From Bacteroidales bacterium (GTDB taxonomy: Bacteria; Bacteroidota; Bacteroidia; Bacteroidales; G3-4614), in assembly GCA_036656055.1 (NCBI GenBank), contig JAVVOY010000002.1, positions 6,689 to 70,688 on the forward strand: 64,000 nt of DNA, in the 5' to 3' direction. Below are positions 30,382 through 39,622 of this stretch, piece after piece (within the stretch, counting starts at the first letter, position 1; every line of letters begins with the position of its first letter). The position numbers and the translations under genes are program-made. The notes under the pieces are model-generated. The model was not told the DNA's origin. It did not search any database and worked only from the letters and a program-made list of their open reading frames with translations.

Positions 30382-31629
30382 TTACCTGACAGTTCTCTTA
30401 ATAAGCGTTTCTCCTTCGGCGTGTCTAATCTTAATAAGATACATCAAATGCTTACGTGGTGTGGCACTATGGATGGTAACTGAATTTTCTCCTTTGAATT
30501 TATCAGAAGAGATTAATACCCCAGCTACATTATACACATCTACTCTAAATATTTCAGAAGATCCGGTAATATGTATATCTCCCCCATCAAAGAGTGTTAT
30601 ATTAAAATCATTGTTGTTACTCTTTGAATTTATCATTCCGTTAAGTTCGTCTTTTATATTGATTAAAGAAAACTTGTCATTTTCGAAACGATATATTTCA
30701 TCATTATCGCCATAGACCCATATTACCGTACCATCGCAAATAATACTTTGAGCTTTGTCAAAACCATAACAATTATAGTATTTGAATTTATTGCCGTCAT
30801 ATTTTAAAAGATAGTGTGAGGCTACAAACCATATATTTCCGTCCTGATCTATATCACAGGCTGTATATGTTGTCCATGGAATATCAGGACGTTCTTTGTA
30901 TTTGTAGATTGTATCTATATTAGTATCCTGCACATAACAGTGTATTCCATCATCGGAGACGAACCAGATATTATCGTTTCTATCAATGGATAAAGATGTT
31001 GCAACACTCCCTGATAAAACGACTGTTGCATTGTCTGTCCCTTTTTTATGGCATATAAGTTGAGCGTAATCTCCATAATCTGTCGCCATCCATAAATTAC
31101 CCTTACTGTCGAATGCCATGTCCATTATAACGCAATTTTCAGTTCCAACAGCCGATTGATTTTCGGGGATAAGATGAATTTTTTCACCTGTAAAGTCGGT
31201 GTAAAATTTAGCGCCTCCTGCCCACGGGGCATTTTCGGAATCAAAAGCAAATGCGTAACAGTATGTTATAGGACCATACTTGTTATCTGGGGCATTATAA
31301 TGAATCGTGGAGCGCCCATTTGTTGCATATACCCCATGCTCTTTACTCCCTATCCATAAAATACCATTTTTATCTTTTTCTATACCTAAAATGGTTGCAT
31401 TTTTATCAATACTTAAGCCTTGATTGGATATTAACCGGCAAGCACTAGTGGCTTTCTCATAATGTACCAATCCTAATTTACTTGCAACCCACAAATAATC
31501 GTTGTCATTTACAATACGATTTGAGCGATATTTATTAATGTCCACAATTTGCTGTTCTGCATTAACACCAAGTATAACTGCAGGCATAATAATATTAATC
31601 AATAAGAACAGATATACTTTTAGTTTCAT
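30382..31629 (-). CDS. secreted beta-propeller protein (two-component-regulator-propeller-type repeats) with T9SS C-terminal sorting domain
   Basis: 415 aa. Signal peptide and repeated motifs of Reg_prop type (GILWIGSKEHGVY, GNLWMATDYG, NIWFVSDDGIHCY, GNIWFVASHYLLKY). The C-terminal approx 75 aa (FRVDVYNVAGVLI...YLIKIRHAEGETLIKRTVR) resembles a T9SS sorting domain. Confidence 0.65.
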   Translation of the reverse strand: MKLKVYLFLLINIIMPAVILGVNAEQQIVDINKYRSNRIVNDNDYLWVASKLGLVHYEKATSACRLISNQGLSIDKNATILGIEKDKNGILWIGSKEHGVYATNGRSTIHYNAPDNKYGPITYCYAFAFDSENAPWAGGAKFYTDFTGEKIHLIPENQSAVGTENCVIMDMAFDSKGNLWMATDYGDYAQLICHKKGTDNATVVLSGSVATSLSIDRNDNIWFVSDDGIHCYVQDTNIDTIYKYKERPDIPWTTYTACDIDQDGNIWFVASHYLLKYDGNKFKYYNCYGFDKAQSIICDGTVIWVYGDNDEIYRFENDKFSLINIKDELNGMINSKSNNNDFNITLFDGGDIHITGSSEIFRVDVYNVAGVLISSDKFKGENSVTIHSATPRKHLMYLIKIRHAEGETLIKRTVR

Positions 31630-31819
31630 GCTTACTTTTTACTATTGCTTTTTTTGATAAATTATATTGCTGTTGAAATATTTATTATTCCACATAATCT
31701 TTTACCACATTTCCTAATTTCTTATTTTACAAATATACGTAAATGCCATAATTTTATAACTATCTATTTTAAAAAAATACAGATTGCATTTTTTCAAACG
31801 ATACACCACTTATAGATAT

Positions 31820-31861
31820 GGCGGATTCCAAAAGTGTAATTTAACACTTTTGGAATCCGCC
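31820..31861 (-). terminator. 18-bp perfect hairpin downstream of the peroxiredoxin gene (possible terminator, no U-tract)
   Basis: GGCGGATTCCAAAAGTGT-AATTTA-ACACTTTTGGAATCCGCC, 54 nt beyond the prx stop codon in the minus-strand transcription direction. Confidence 0.45.
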
Positions 31862-31914
31862 GCTATAATAATTTTCAGCCGTTCAAAGATTTACGAGCTG
31901 ATATTATTTTGTAT

Positions 31915-32685
31915 TTATTCTTTTGTAATATTATTTTTAGGTAGCTTTTTTGTAGTTAAGAACCAGTCATAGTATTGCAGATCACCTTTTTTTGCGCTAT
32001 CTACGCGTTCTTGTGCAGCCACGCATGTAGATGGCGGAGGCATAATAACATTATCTTCAGGATTCCAATTGGCAGGAAGGGCTACACCATACGCATCAAT
32101 TGTTTGTAACCCTATAAGAGCGCGTTTTATTTCATCTAAATTACGCCCTAGAGCCATGGGATAATAGATCATCGCACGTATAACCCCTTTAGGATCTATA
32201 AAAAACACAGCTCTTACCGTTGATGTAGAACTCTCATGCGGCTGTAACATACCATATTTTTTTGCTACCTCCATAGATATATCCGCAATAAGAGGAAATG
32301 TGATATTGAGATTAGCTGTGCCATTGTAACATATCCTCTCTTTTATCGTCCTGAGCCATGCTATATGACTAAATATACCATCAATAGATAGTCCTATCAG
32401 TTTGCAATTAATCGCTTCAAACTCCTTAGCCATAGTCCCGAACTCTATAAATTCTGTTGTGCATACAGGCGTAAAATCTGCCGGATGGCTGAAGAATATT
32501 ACCCATTTGCCTCTATAATCTGTCGGAAAATTTATTTCACCCTGTGTCGATATAGCTGTAAATTCAGGAGCTACATCTCCAATTCTGGGCATACTATAAA
32601 TATCATCACATTTACAATCTTCGTAACAATAACATTCGCAGTTACACAGTTCGCATTCATTTTGATTTTTAGTTTCTTGAGTCAT
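31915..32685 (-). CDS. peroxiredoxin (Prx6 / 1-Cys-like) with possible 31-aa Cys-rich N-terminal extension
   Basis: The core from the internal Met (32590-32592), MPRIGDVAPEF...FSHPADFTPVCTTE, is a canonical peroxiredoxin. The open frame extends upstream to an ATG at 32685, adding MTQETKNQNECELCNCECYCYEDCKCDDIYS. Start codon unresolved. Confidence 0.85.
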   Translation of the reverse strand: MTQETKNQNECELCNCECYCYEDCKCDDIYSMPRIGDVAPEFTAISTQGEINFPTDYRGKWVIFFSHPADFTPVCTTEFIEFGTMAKEFEAINCKLIGLSIDGIFSHIAWLRTIKERICYNGTANLNITFPLIADISMEVAKKYGMLQPHESSTSTVRAVFFIDPKGVIRAMIYYPMALGRNLDEIKRALIGLQTIDAYGVALPANWNPEDNVIMPPPSTCVAAQERVDSAKKGDLQYYDWFLTTKKLPKNNITKE

Positions 32686-32786
32686 AGTTATAATATTTCT
32701 AATATATACAACTGAAACATGGATTTTGTTTTGAGATGGTAGTATAAAATATGGCGAATAGTATTAAGCATTCCGAAAAACTTTTG

Positions 32787-32794
32787 TAATTTTG
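32787..32794 (+). promoter_or_regulatory. Bacteroides-type -7 box (TAATTTTG) upstream of the Fur-family gene
   Basis: TAnnTTTG match 53 nt upstream of the ATG at 32847, in the prx/fur divergent intergenic region. Confidence 0.45.
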
Positions 32795-32846
32795 TAGCCA
32801 ATGCTGGTAATTACTAATAAAAAAATGCAGCAGATACTTATAGATT

Positions 32847-33386
32847 ATGTCAGAAGACAAATCAAAGGATAGTATCAAACAGAGATTCACTCAATACCTC
32901 GACACACAAAAACACCGGAAAACTCCGGAAAGGTATGCTGTCCTGAATATTGTTTATGATACTGTCGGACATTTTGATGTAGATTATATTTATGACGAGA
33001 TGTTGAATAGCGGTATAAGGGTTAGCCGCGCCACAGTTTACAATACCCTTGATTTATTAGTTAAATCGGCATTTGTCAGAAAGTTTAAAATAGAAACAAA
33101 AACTTATTACGAACGATCTTTTAATGCCCCGGTCCATGTACACCTTATTTGCACCCAATGTGGTAAGATAAAAGATGCTAGAGATACACGGCTTGTTGAT
33201 GACATCTCAATAAGGAGATATGGAAAGTTTTCCACGTCGTATTGTACCGTTAATATTTACGGCTTATGCAGTTCGTGTACTCTTGTTAAGCGTAAAGCCA
33301 AGCTTAAGGCAAATATTATTGCTAATGAGAGTAAAGTAATGGAAATTAAAAAGAGAATTTTATCAGAAAATAAAAAGAATAAATGA
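32847..33386 (+). CDS. Fur family transcriptional regulator (possibly PerR-like)
   Basis: 179 aa. Winged-helix region (RKTPERYAVLNIVYD...ISRATVYNTLDLL) and two CxxC pairs (CTQCGK, CSSC). It has an unusually long Lys-rich C-terminal tail and is divergent from the peroxiredoxin gene. Confidence 0.8.
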   Translation: MSEDKSKDSIKQRFTQYLDTQKHRKTPERYAVLNIVYDTVGHFDVDYIYDEMLNSGIRVSRATVYNTLDLLVKSAFVRKFKIETKTYYERSFNAPVHVHLICTQCGKIKDARDTRLVDDISIRRYGKFSTSYCTVNIYGLCSSCTLVKRKAKLKANIIANESKVMEIKKRILSENKKNK

Positions 33387-34669
33387 ACAAAAGTATGAAA
33401 GTAGATGTCTTGTCAGGACTACAATGGGGAGACGAGGGCAAAGGGAAAGTAGTTGATGTGCTTACTCCTGATTACAACGTTGTAACTCGGTTCCAAGGTG
33501 GTCCCAATGCAGGGCACACATTGGTTTTCAATAATGAGAAATATGTTCTCCGTTCAATTCCTTCGGGTATATTTCAGGGTGGTAAGATAAACATAATAGG
33601 CAATGGTGTTGTCCTTGATCCTATTTTATTCAAACAGGAGGCTGAATCACTTGCTGCGAGTGGACATAATTTGAAAAAACAACTTTGCATATCTAAAAAG
33701 GCCCACCTAATTTTACCTACACATCGTATGCTTGATGCCGCATACGAGGCAGCAAAGGGGACATCTAAAATAGGGACGACAGGAAAAGGTATCGGTCCTA
33801 CATACACGGATAAAGTAAGTCGTAACGGTCTTCGTGTTGGAGACATACTTTGCAACTTTGATGAAAAATACGAAGAGGCAAAAGCAAAACACGATAAAAT
33901 TCTGCGTTCACTTAATTATGATTATAATATTGATCAACTTGAGAAAGAGTTTTTCGCTGCACTTGAATATCTGAAAGAGTTTGAAATTATTGATAGCGAG
34001 CACGTTATAAATAATCTTTTGAAATCAGGGAAAAGCATTCTTGCAGAAGGGGCACAAGGAACAATGTTAGATGTTGATTTTGGTTCCTATCCTTTTGTTA
34101 CATCATCAAACACAATATGTGCCGGCGCATGCACCGGTCTTGGTATAGCTCCAACCAAAATAGGTAAGGTTTACGGTATATTTAAAGCATATTGCACACG
34201 AGTAGGTAGTGGACCTTTCCCTACCGAACTATTTGATGAAACAGGAGATATTATATGTCAGCGCGGTTATGAATTTGGATCAGTTACAGGACGTAAGCGT
34301 CGTTGCGGTTGGATTGACCTTGTAGCACTTAAATATGCCGTAATGATAGACGGTGTTACCGACCTAATAATGATGAAGAGCGACGTACTTGATAATTTTG
34401 AAAAGATAAAGGCCTGCGTAGCATATAAGATCAATGATAAAATAGTTGAGGAATTCCCATTTGAAATAGATGATAGTATTGAGCCTATTTATACTGAGAT
34501 TCCCGGATGGAACTGTGATATGACCAAAATTAAGCATGAGGACGAATTTCCCGAAGAGTTTAATGCCTACCTCTCATTCCTTGAAGAAGAATTACATGTC
34601 CCTATTAAGATTGTCTCCGTAGGACCAGACAGGGAACAGACTATTATTAGATATAATAGCAATGACTAA
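33383..34669 (+). CDS. purA: adenylosuccinate synthase
   Basis: 428 aa. GLQWGDEGKGK P-loop, GPNAGHT, GTTGKGIGP, GRKRRCGW. Confidence 0.96.
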   Translation: MNKSMKVDVLSGLQWGDEGKGKVVDVLTPDYNVVTRFQGGPNAGHTLVFNNEKYVLRSIPSGIFQGGKINIIGNGVVLDPILFKQEAESLAASGHNLKKQLCISKKAHLILPTHRMLDAAYEAAKGTSKIGTTGKGIGPTYTDKVSRNGLRVGDILCNFDEKYEEAKAKHDKILRSLNYDYNIDQLEKEFFAALEYLKEFEIIDSEHVINNLLKSGKSILAEGAQGTMLDVDFGSYPFVTSSNTICAGACTGLGIAPTKIGKVYGIFKAYCTRVGSGPFPTELFDETGDIICQRGYEFGSVTGRKRRCGWIDLVALKYAVMIDGVTDLIMMKSDVLDNFEKIKACVAYKINDKIVEEFPFEIDDSIEPIYTEIPGWNCDMTKIKHEDEFPEEFNAYLSFLEEELHVPIKIVSVGPDREQTIIRYNSND

Positions 34670-34726
34670 TATTAAAGTAATTCTTTATTTATAAGCATTT
34701 AAAGAATTAATATATATTGTTTTATG

Positions 34727-34765
34727 CCAGACTATTGCTGTAATGCAATGGTCTGGTTTCGTTTT
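34727..34765 (+). terminator. rho-independent terminator after purA
   Basis: CCAGACTATTGC-TGTAAT-GCAATGGTCTGG (12 bp with one G-U pair) followed by TTTCGTTTT. Confidence 0.65.
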
Positions 34766-34840
34766 AGAATAGGTTTGAAATTTACATGTAAAAGTGTTTG
34801 CAAAAGATATCCTAATGTTCTTGCAGTCCAAAAAAATATC

Positions 34841-34848
34841 TACCTTTG
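34841..34848 (+). promoter_or_regulatory. Bacteroides-type -7 box (TACCTTTG) upstream of the transglycosylase gene
   Basis: TAnnTTTG match 20 nt upstream of the ATG at 34868. Confidence 0.4.
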
Positions 34849-34867
34849 CACTCCAAAATAATCAAAT

Positions 34868-36829
34868 ATGTTTATGAACAAATGGCTTAAAAGGGGGGCT
34901 GTTTTTACATCCTTCCTACTTATTCTGGCTGTAATAGGCTTATATCTGGGTAGAAACCAGTTGCTCCGTTATATTGCAGATAGTAAAATTAGCCGTGCCG
35001 AACAATTGTATGGGCTTAATATTCGCTATTGCTCTTTGCAGATGTCTGGATTTACAAAAATACGTCTCACCGGATTCACAGTTGTTCCTGCAGAAAGAGA
35101 CACGTTGTTGACATTGGACTCCTTGCATTTAAACCTTAACTTTTTTCCTCTACTGCTTGGCAGGATTGATATACACCGTGTTATTACAGATGGACTTTCA
35201 ATACACTTCGTAAAACGCGATTCCATTTCTAACTATGACTTCTTGTTCCGTCCTACTGATACGCTAAAAAGCATCTCGGGAAAATCATTAGACTTTTCTC
35301 GGCAAGTAAAAGGAGTACTAAATATGGCGTTCGGATTTTTGCCTGATAATGGTGAGATAAGACGTTTCTCCATCAGTCAGCAAAGAGATTCTTATTTTGC
35401 AACTTTTAATATCCCATTGCTTACGGTTAAAGACAATGCCTTTTATACCGATATAATTGTCACTGAAAATGGAGCATTAAAAACTTGGCGTACCCGAGGT
35501 AGATTTAATCGCACTGAACGACAGATTGAAGCAGGAATTTATGCTGCTCCCGGTACACCTTACATCGCAATACCATATATCGAAAAATATTACAACGCCT
35601 CCGTAGCTTTTGATAGTCTGTCGTTAAGTCTTAGCGAAAAAGAGATAAAAGGGAAAATAGTTTTATCAGGCAGTGCTTCCGTTAATGGGCTGAATGTATT
35701 TCATCTTGGGTTGTCACCAGATACTATTTCCATGAACAATGGCAGTCTAAATTACAATATTAATATTGGCAAACAGTTTATAGAGTTGGATAGTACAAGT
35801 ACGGTAATATTCAATGAACTCAATTTTAACCCTTACCTGAAAGCCGAAAAGTATACAAAATGGCACATTCGCACAAGTATCAACAAACAAGAATTTCCAT
35901 CGCAACAACTATTCAATTCATTACCTACCGGGCTATTTCGCCACATTAAGGGCTTACAAACAAAAGGCAGCCTGACGTATAATTTTCTGTTAGACGTAGA
36001 TTTCAATAAGTTGTCAAATCTTAAATTCCACTCTATTATGCGGGGGAAAAGTTTCGGTATTACCAGTTACGGAAATAGCGAACTTACTCGGATGAACGGA
36101 GAGTTTATCTACACCGCTTACGAGAATGGTCAGCCGGTACGCACGTTTGCTGTTGGTCCATCTAATCCTAATTTCCGCCATTTAGCTGATATACCGCCTT
36201 TATTACAAACGGCAATTCTGCAATCAGAAGACGGAGGCTTCTTTTATCACAACGGTTTTATGCCTGATGCCATTCAGTCAGCGTTGATTTATGACCTTAA
36301 AGTAAAGCGATTTGCCCGTGGCGGAAGTACAATAAGTATGCAATTGGTGAAGAATGTATTTCTAAACAGGCATAAAAATATTGCACGTAAACTTGAAGAG
36401 GCATTGATTGTATGGTTAATAGAACAGCAGCACATCACCAGTAAAGAGCGTATGTATGAAGTTTATCTAAATATTGTGGAATGGGGACCTCTTGTTTACG
36501 GGGCATGTGAAGCTTCACACTTTTATTTCGACAAAGAACCTTCTATGCTCACGGCTAACGAAGCTATTTTTATGGCATCAATTATCCCTAAACCCAAACG
36601 TTTCCGCTCCTTTTTCAATTCTGACGGAACATTAAAAGAGAGCCAGAGGGGTTATTTTCGTGTTATTGCCAACAGGTTGAAGGTCAAAGATATAATTACT
36701 GAAGAGCAACTCTCTGCCATCACCCCTGAAATAGAACTTAAAGGGGCCGCTAAAAAAGCTGTTATCATGCCTGATGTTATGCCGGAAGACAGCATTATCA
36801 CCCCCCAAAGCGCAAACCACTCTTTTTGA
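34868..36829 (+). CDS. peptidoglycan glycosyltransferase (GT51) domain protein with large uncharacterised N-terminal domain
   Basis: 653 aa. An N-terminal TM anchor is followed by approx 430 aa with no motif I recognise (the start resembles AsmA/TamB-like proteins). The C-terminal approx 190 aa carry GT51 motifs (QSEDGGFFYHNGF, RGGSTISMQLVKN). No transpeptidase domain. Confidence 0.75.
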   Translation: MFMNKWLKRGAVFTSFLLILAVIGLYLGRNQLLRYIADSKISRAEQLYGLNIRYCSLQMSGFTKIRLTGFTVVPAERDTLLTLDSLHLNLNFFPLLLGRIDIHRVITDGLSIHFVKRDSISNYDFLFRPTDTLKSISGKSLDFSRQVKGVLNMAFGFLPDNGEIRRFSISQQRDSYFATFNIPLLTVKDNAFYTDIIVTENGALKTWRTRGRFNRTERQIEAGIYAAPGTPYIAIPYIEKYYNASVAFDSLSLSLSEKEIKGKIVLSGSASVNGLNVFHLGLSPDTISMNNGSLNYNINIGKQFIELDSTSTVIFNELNFNPYLKAEKYTKWHIRTSINKQEFPSQQLFNSLPTGLFRHIKGLQTKGSLTYNFLLDVDFNKLSNLKFHSIMRGKSFGITSYGNSELTRMNGEFIYTAYENGQPVRTFAVGPSNPNFRHLADIPPLLQTAILQSEDGGFFYHNGFMPDAIQSALIYDLKVKRFARGGSTISMQLVKNVFLNRHKNIARKLEEALIVWLIEQQHITSKERMYEVYLNIVEWGPLVYGACEASHFYFDKEPSMLTANEAIFMASIIPKPKRFRSFFNSDGTLKESQRGYFRVIANRLKVKDIITEEQLSAITPEIELKGAAKKAVIMPDVMPEDSIITPQSANHSF

Positions 36830-36954
36830 TAATTATATATGCAGTAAACTCAGCAGCGATTAAGTTACATATTTTTGTTATCTTCGCAATGAGTAATAAT
36901 AGTTAGAATAACATCTCAGGATGTAATTTAAATAGAATCTAAAATAAAGTAACC

Positions 36955-38232
36955 ATGCTACAACCGTTGGCCGAACGTTTACGCCCGTCGGATTTGGACG
37001 AATATATAGGACAGAAACATCTTGTAGGCAAAGGAGCTATCTTGCGCAGAATGATTGAAAGCGGACAGATATCATCTTTTATCCTTTGGGGTCCTCCGGG
37101 CGTAGGAAAGACAACATTAGCAAAAATAATATCTGTTAAATTAGATGTCCCTTTTTACACATTAAGTGCAGTAAATTCAGGAGTAAAAGATGTGCGAGAG
37201 GTTATTGATAAGTGTAAAAGCGGAAGATTGTTTAGCCCCCTCTCCCGCCCTATTTTGTTTATTGACGAAATACACCGCTTCAGCAAGTCACAACAAGACT
37301 CTCTTTTAGCCGCAGTTGAAAATGGGACTATTACATTGATAGGTGCTACAACTGAGAATCCGTCATTTGAGGTCATACGCCCTTTATTATCAAGATGTCA
37401 GGTGTATTTGCTTAAATCTTTAGATACGGATGATTTGCAAGAGTTACTACAACGTGCAATCACACATGATAAACTTCTTAAAACATTAAATATAAAAGAG
37501 GAGGAGACCGAAGCCCTTTTTAGGTTCTCAGGAGGAGATGCACGCAAACTCTTAAATATAATTGACCTTATAACGCAAAGTTGTAATGACGGAGAGGATG
37601 TTGTAATTAACAACAGAATCGTTACTGAACGTCTTCAGCAGAACCCTTCGGCGTATGATAAGGGGGGAGAGATGCATTACGATATAATTTCGGCGTTTAT
37701 AAAATCAATACGCGGTAGTGCTCCGGATGCAGCCATATATTGGTTGGCAAGAATGGTTGAAGGAGGAGAAGACCCTAAATTTATTGCACGTAGACTTGTT
37801 ATACTTGCAGCTGAAGACATTGGCTTGGCAAATCCAAATGCCTTGCTGCTTGCCAACACATGTTTTGAAGCCCTTGAAAAGATAGGATGGCCTGAAGGAC
37901 GAATAATCCTTGCCGAGGCTACACTCTATCTTGCCGGCAGTCCAAAAAGCAATTCGGCATATATGGCTATAAACAATGCGTTGGCAGAAGTAGCCAGCAG
38001 TGGAGACCAACCAGTTCCCCTACATCTTAGAAACGCCCCGACTAAACTACTAGAAGAACTTGATTATGGCAAGGGGTATAAGTATGCACACGATTATTCA
38101 GGTAATTTTGTAAAACAACAGTTTATGCCAGATAAACTAAAAGATGCCAGTTTCTGGATTCCGCAGCAGAATCCAGCCGAGGATAAATTACGTGAAAGGA
38201 TAGCTGATTTATGGGGCGAAAAATACAAATGA
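36955..38232 (+). CDS. rarA: replication-associated recombination protein A (AAA+ ATPase)
   Basis: 425 aa. LAERLRP..LDEYIGQ.HL start, Walker A GPPGVGKTT, Walker B LFIDEIHRF, and a C-terminal MgsA domain. Confidence 0.93.
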   Translation: MLQPLAERLRPSDLDEYIGQKHLVGKGAILRRMIESGQISSFILWGPPGVGKTTLAKIISVKLDVPFYTLSAVNSGVKDVREVIDKCKSGRLFSPLSRPILFIDEIHRFSKSQQDSLLAAVENGTITLIGATTENPSFEVIRPLLSRCQVYLLKSLDTDDLQELLQRAITHDKLLKTLNIKEEETEALFRFSGGDARKLLNIIDLITQSCNDGEDVVINNRIVTERLQQNPSAYDKGGEMHYDIISAFIKSIRGSAPDAAIYWLARMVEGGEDPKFIARRLVILAAEDIGLANPNALLLANTCFEALEKIGWPEGRIILAEATLYLAGSPKSNSAYMAINNALAEVASSGDQPVPLHLRNAPTKLLEELDYGKGYKYAHDYSGNFVKQQFMPDKLKDASFWIPQQNPAEDKLRERIADLWGEKYK

Positions 38233-38427
38233 ATTGAATCGTTAGTTTATTAAATAGACAGTAAGAATACTGTAATTATATTTTAAGGTAATGATTTATA
38301 AATAAAAGCATAAATCTTTAATACATATATGCAGCAAAAAGATATCAATATATCAATATAGCATTACAATGAGGTGAAATAATATACAATTCGTTTGCAT
38401 ATTATTTGTTATACAAAAATAAAATAT

Positions 38428-38435
38428 TAATTTTG
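38428..38435 (+). promoter_or_regulatory. Bacteroides-type -7 box (TAATTTTG) upstream of serC
   Basis: TAnnTTTG match 100 nt upstream of the serC ATG. Confidence 0.35.
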
Positions 38436-38534
38436 CCATGTCTAAAATAAGAATGACATTACATATTATTTCTTGTTTTCAGATACAAAAAACAGATAAA
38501 CATATTATTAACATTATACAAAACATTTAAACGA

Positions 38535-39602
38535 ATGAAGAAGTACAACTTTTATGCAGGTCCTTCTATTTTGAGCCAATACACTATTAAAAATACGGCT
38601 GAAGCAGTGATGGATTTTGCGGGCACAGGTCTTTCATTATTGGAGGTTTCACACCGTAGTAAAGAATTTGTCGCCGTAATGGATGAAACTCAGGCTCTTG
38701 TTAAAGAGCTTTTAGATATACCTTCTGGCTACGAAGTTGTATTTTTGGGCGGAGGTGCAAGTTTACAGTTTTGCATGGTCCCTTTTAATTTGTTGAAAAG
38801 AAAGGCTGCATATCTCGAAACAGGCACATGGGCTCAAAATGCTATAAAAGAGGCCAGATTATTTGGCGAGGTTGAAGTTGTTGCTTCATCTAAAGATGCT
38901 AATTTTAGCTATATCCCTAAAAATTATAATATACCAGAAGATGTAGATTATTTCCACTTTACATCAAATAACACTATATTTGGTACAGAGATGCGTAAAG
39001 ACCCGGACGTTAACGTGCGTCTTGTATCTGATATGTCCTCTGATATATTCTCGCGTCCGATAGATGTATCTAAATACGATATAATATATGCAGGCGCGCA
39101 GAAAAACCTTGCTCCGGCAGGTGTAACGTTAGCCATTATACGTGAAGGTGCGTTAGGTAAAGTAGAACGTCCAATACCTACTATGCTTGATTATCGCACA
39201 CATATAAAAAAGGGATCTATGTTTAATACCCCTCCATGCCTTTCTATCTTCTCTGCTTTGCAGACACTTAAATATTACAAATCTCTTGGAGGTATAAAAG
39301 CCATAGAGAGGATGAATATTGAAAAAGCCACAATACTTTATGATGAGATAGATCGTAATAAACTCTTCAAAGGGACAACTTCAGTAGAAGATCGTTCTAT
39401 AATGAACGTTTGCTTTGTTATGAACGAAGAATACAAAGACCTTGAAGATATTTTTGCCGACTATGCAAAATCTAAAGGCATGATTGGTATTAAAGGACAC
39501 CGTTCGGTAGGCGGATTCCGCGCGTCAATTTATAATGCAATGCCTAAATCAGGCGTTGAAGCGTTGGTGGAGATAATGAAAGATTTCGAGAATGCGCATT
39601 AA
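38535..39602 (+). CDS. serC: 3-phosphoserine/phosphohydroxythreonine aminotransferase
   Basis: 355 aa. NFYAGPS start and [10 protein letters not shown] (PLP Lys), typical SerC. Confidence 0.93.
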   Translation: MKKYNFYAGPSILSQYTIKNTAEAVMDFAGTGLSLLEVSHRSKEFVAVMDETQALVKELLDIPSGYEVVFLGGGASLQFCMVPFNLLKRKAAYLETGTWAQNAIKEARLFGEVEVVASSKDANFSYIPKNYNIPEDVDYFHFTSNNTIFGTEMRKDPDVNVRLVSDMSSDIFSRPIDVSKYDIIYAGAQKNLAPAGVTLAIIREGALGKVERPIPTMLDYRTHIKKGSMFNTPPCLSIFSALQTLKYYKSLGGIKAIERMNIEKATILYDEIDRNKLFKGTTSVEDRSIMNVCFVMNEEYKDLEDIFADYAKSKGMIGIKGHRSVGGFRASIYNAMPKSGVEALVEIMKDFENAH

Positions 39603-39622
39603 TATAAAGCAGTAAATTTAAG

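Noticed and set aside
38438-38530. 30-codon ORF ([30 protein letters not shown]) in the serC leader as a possible leader peptide.
   Set aside because: Its ATG starts 3 nt after the putative -7 promoter box, so it would not be on the transcript if that promoter is real. It has no Ser enrichment and no downstream terminator.
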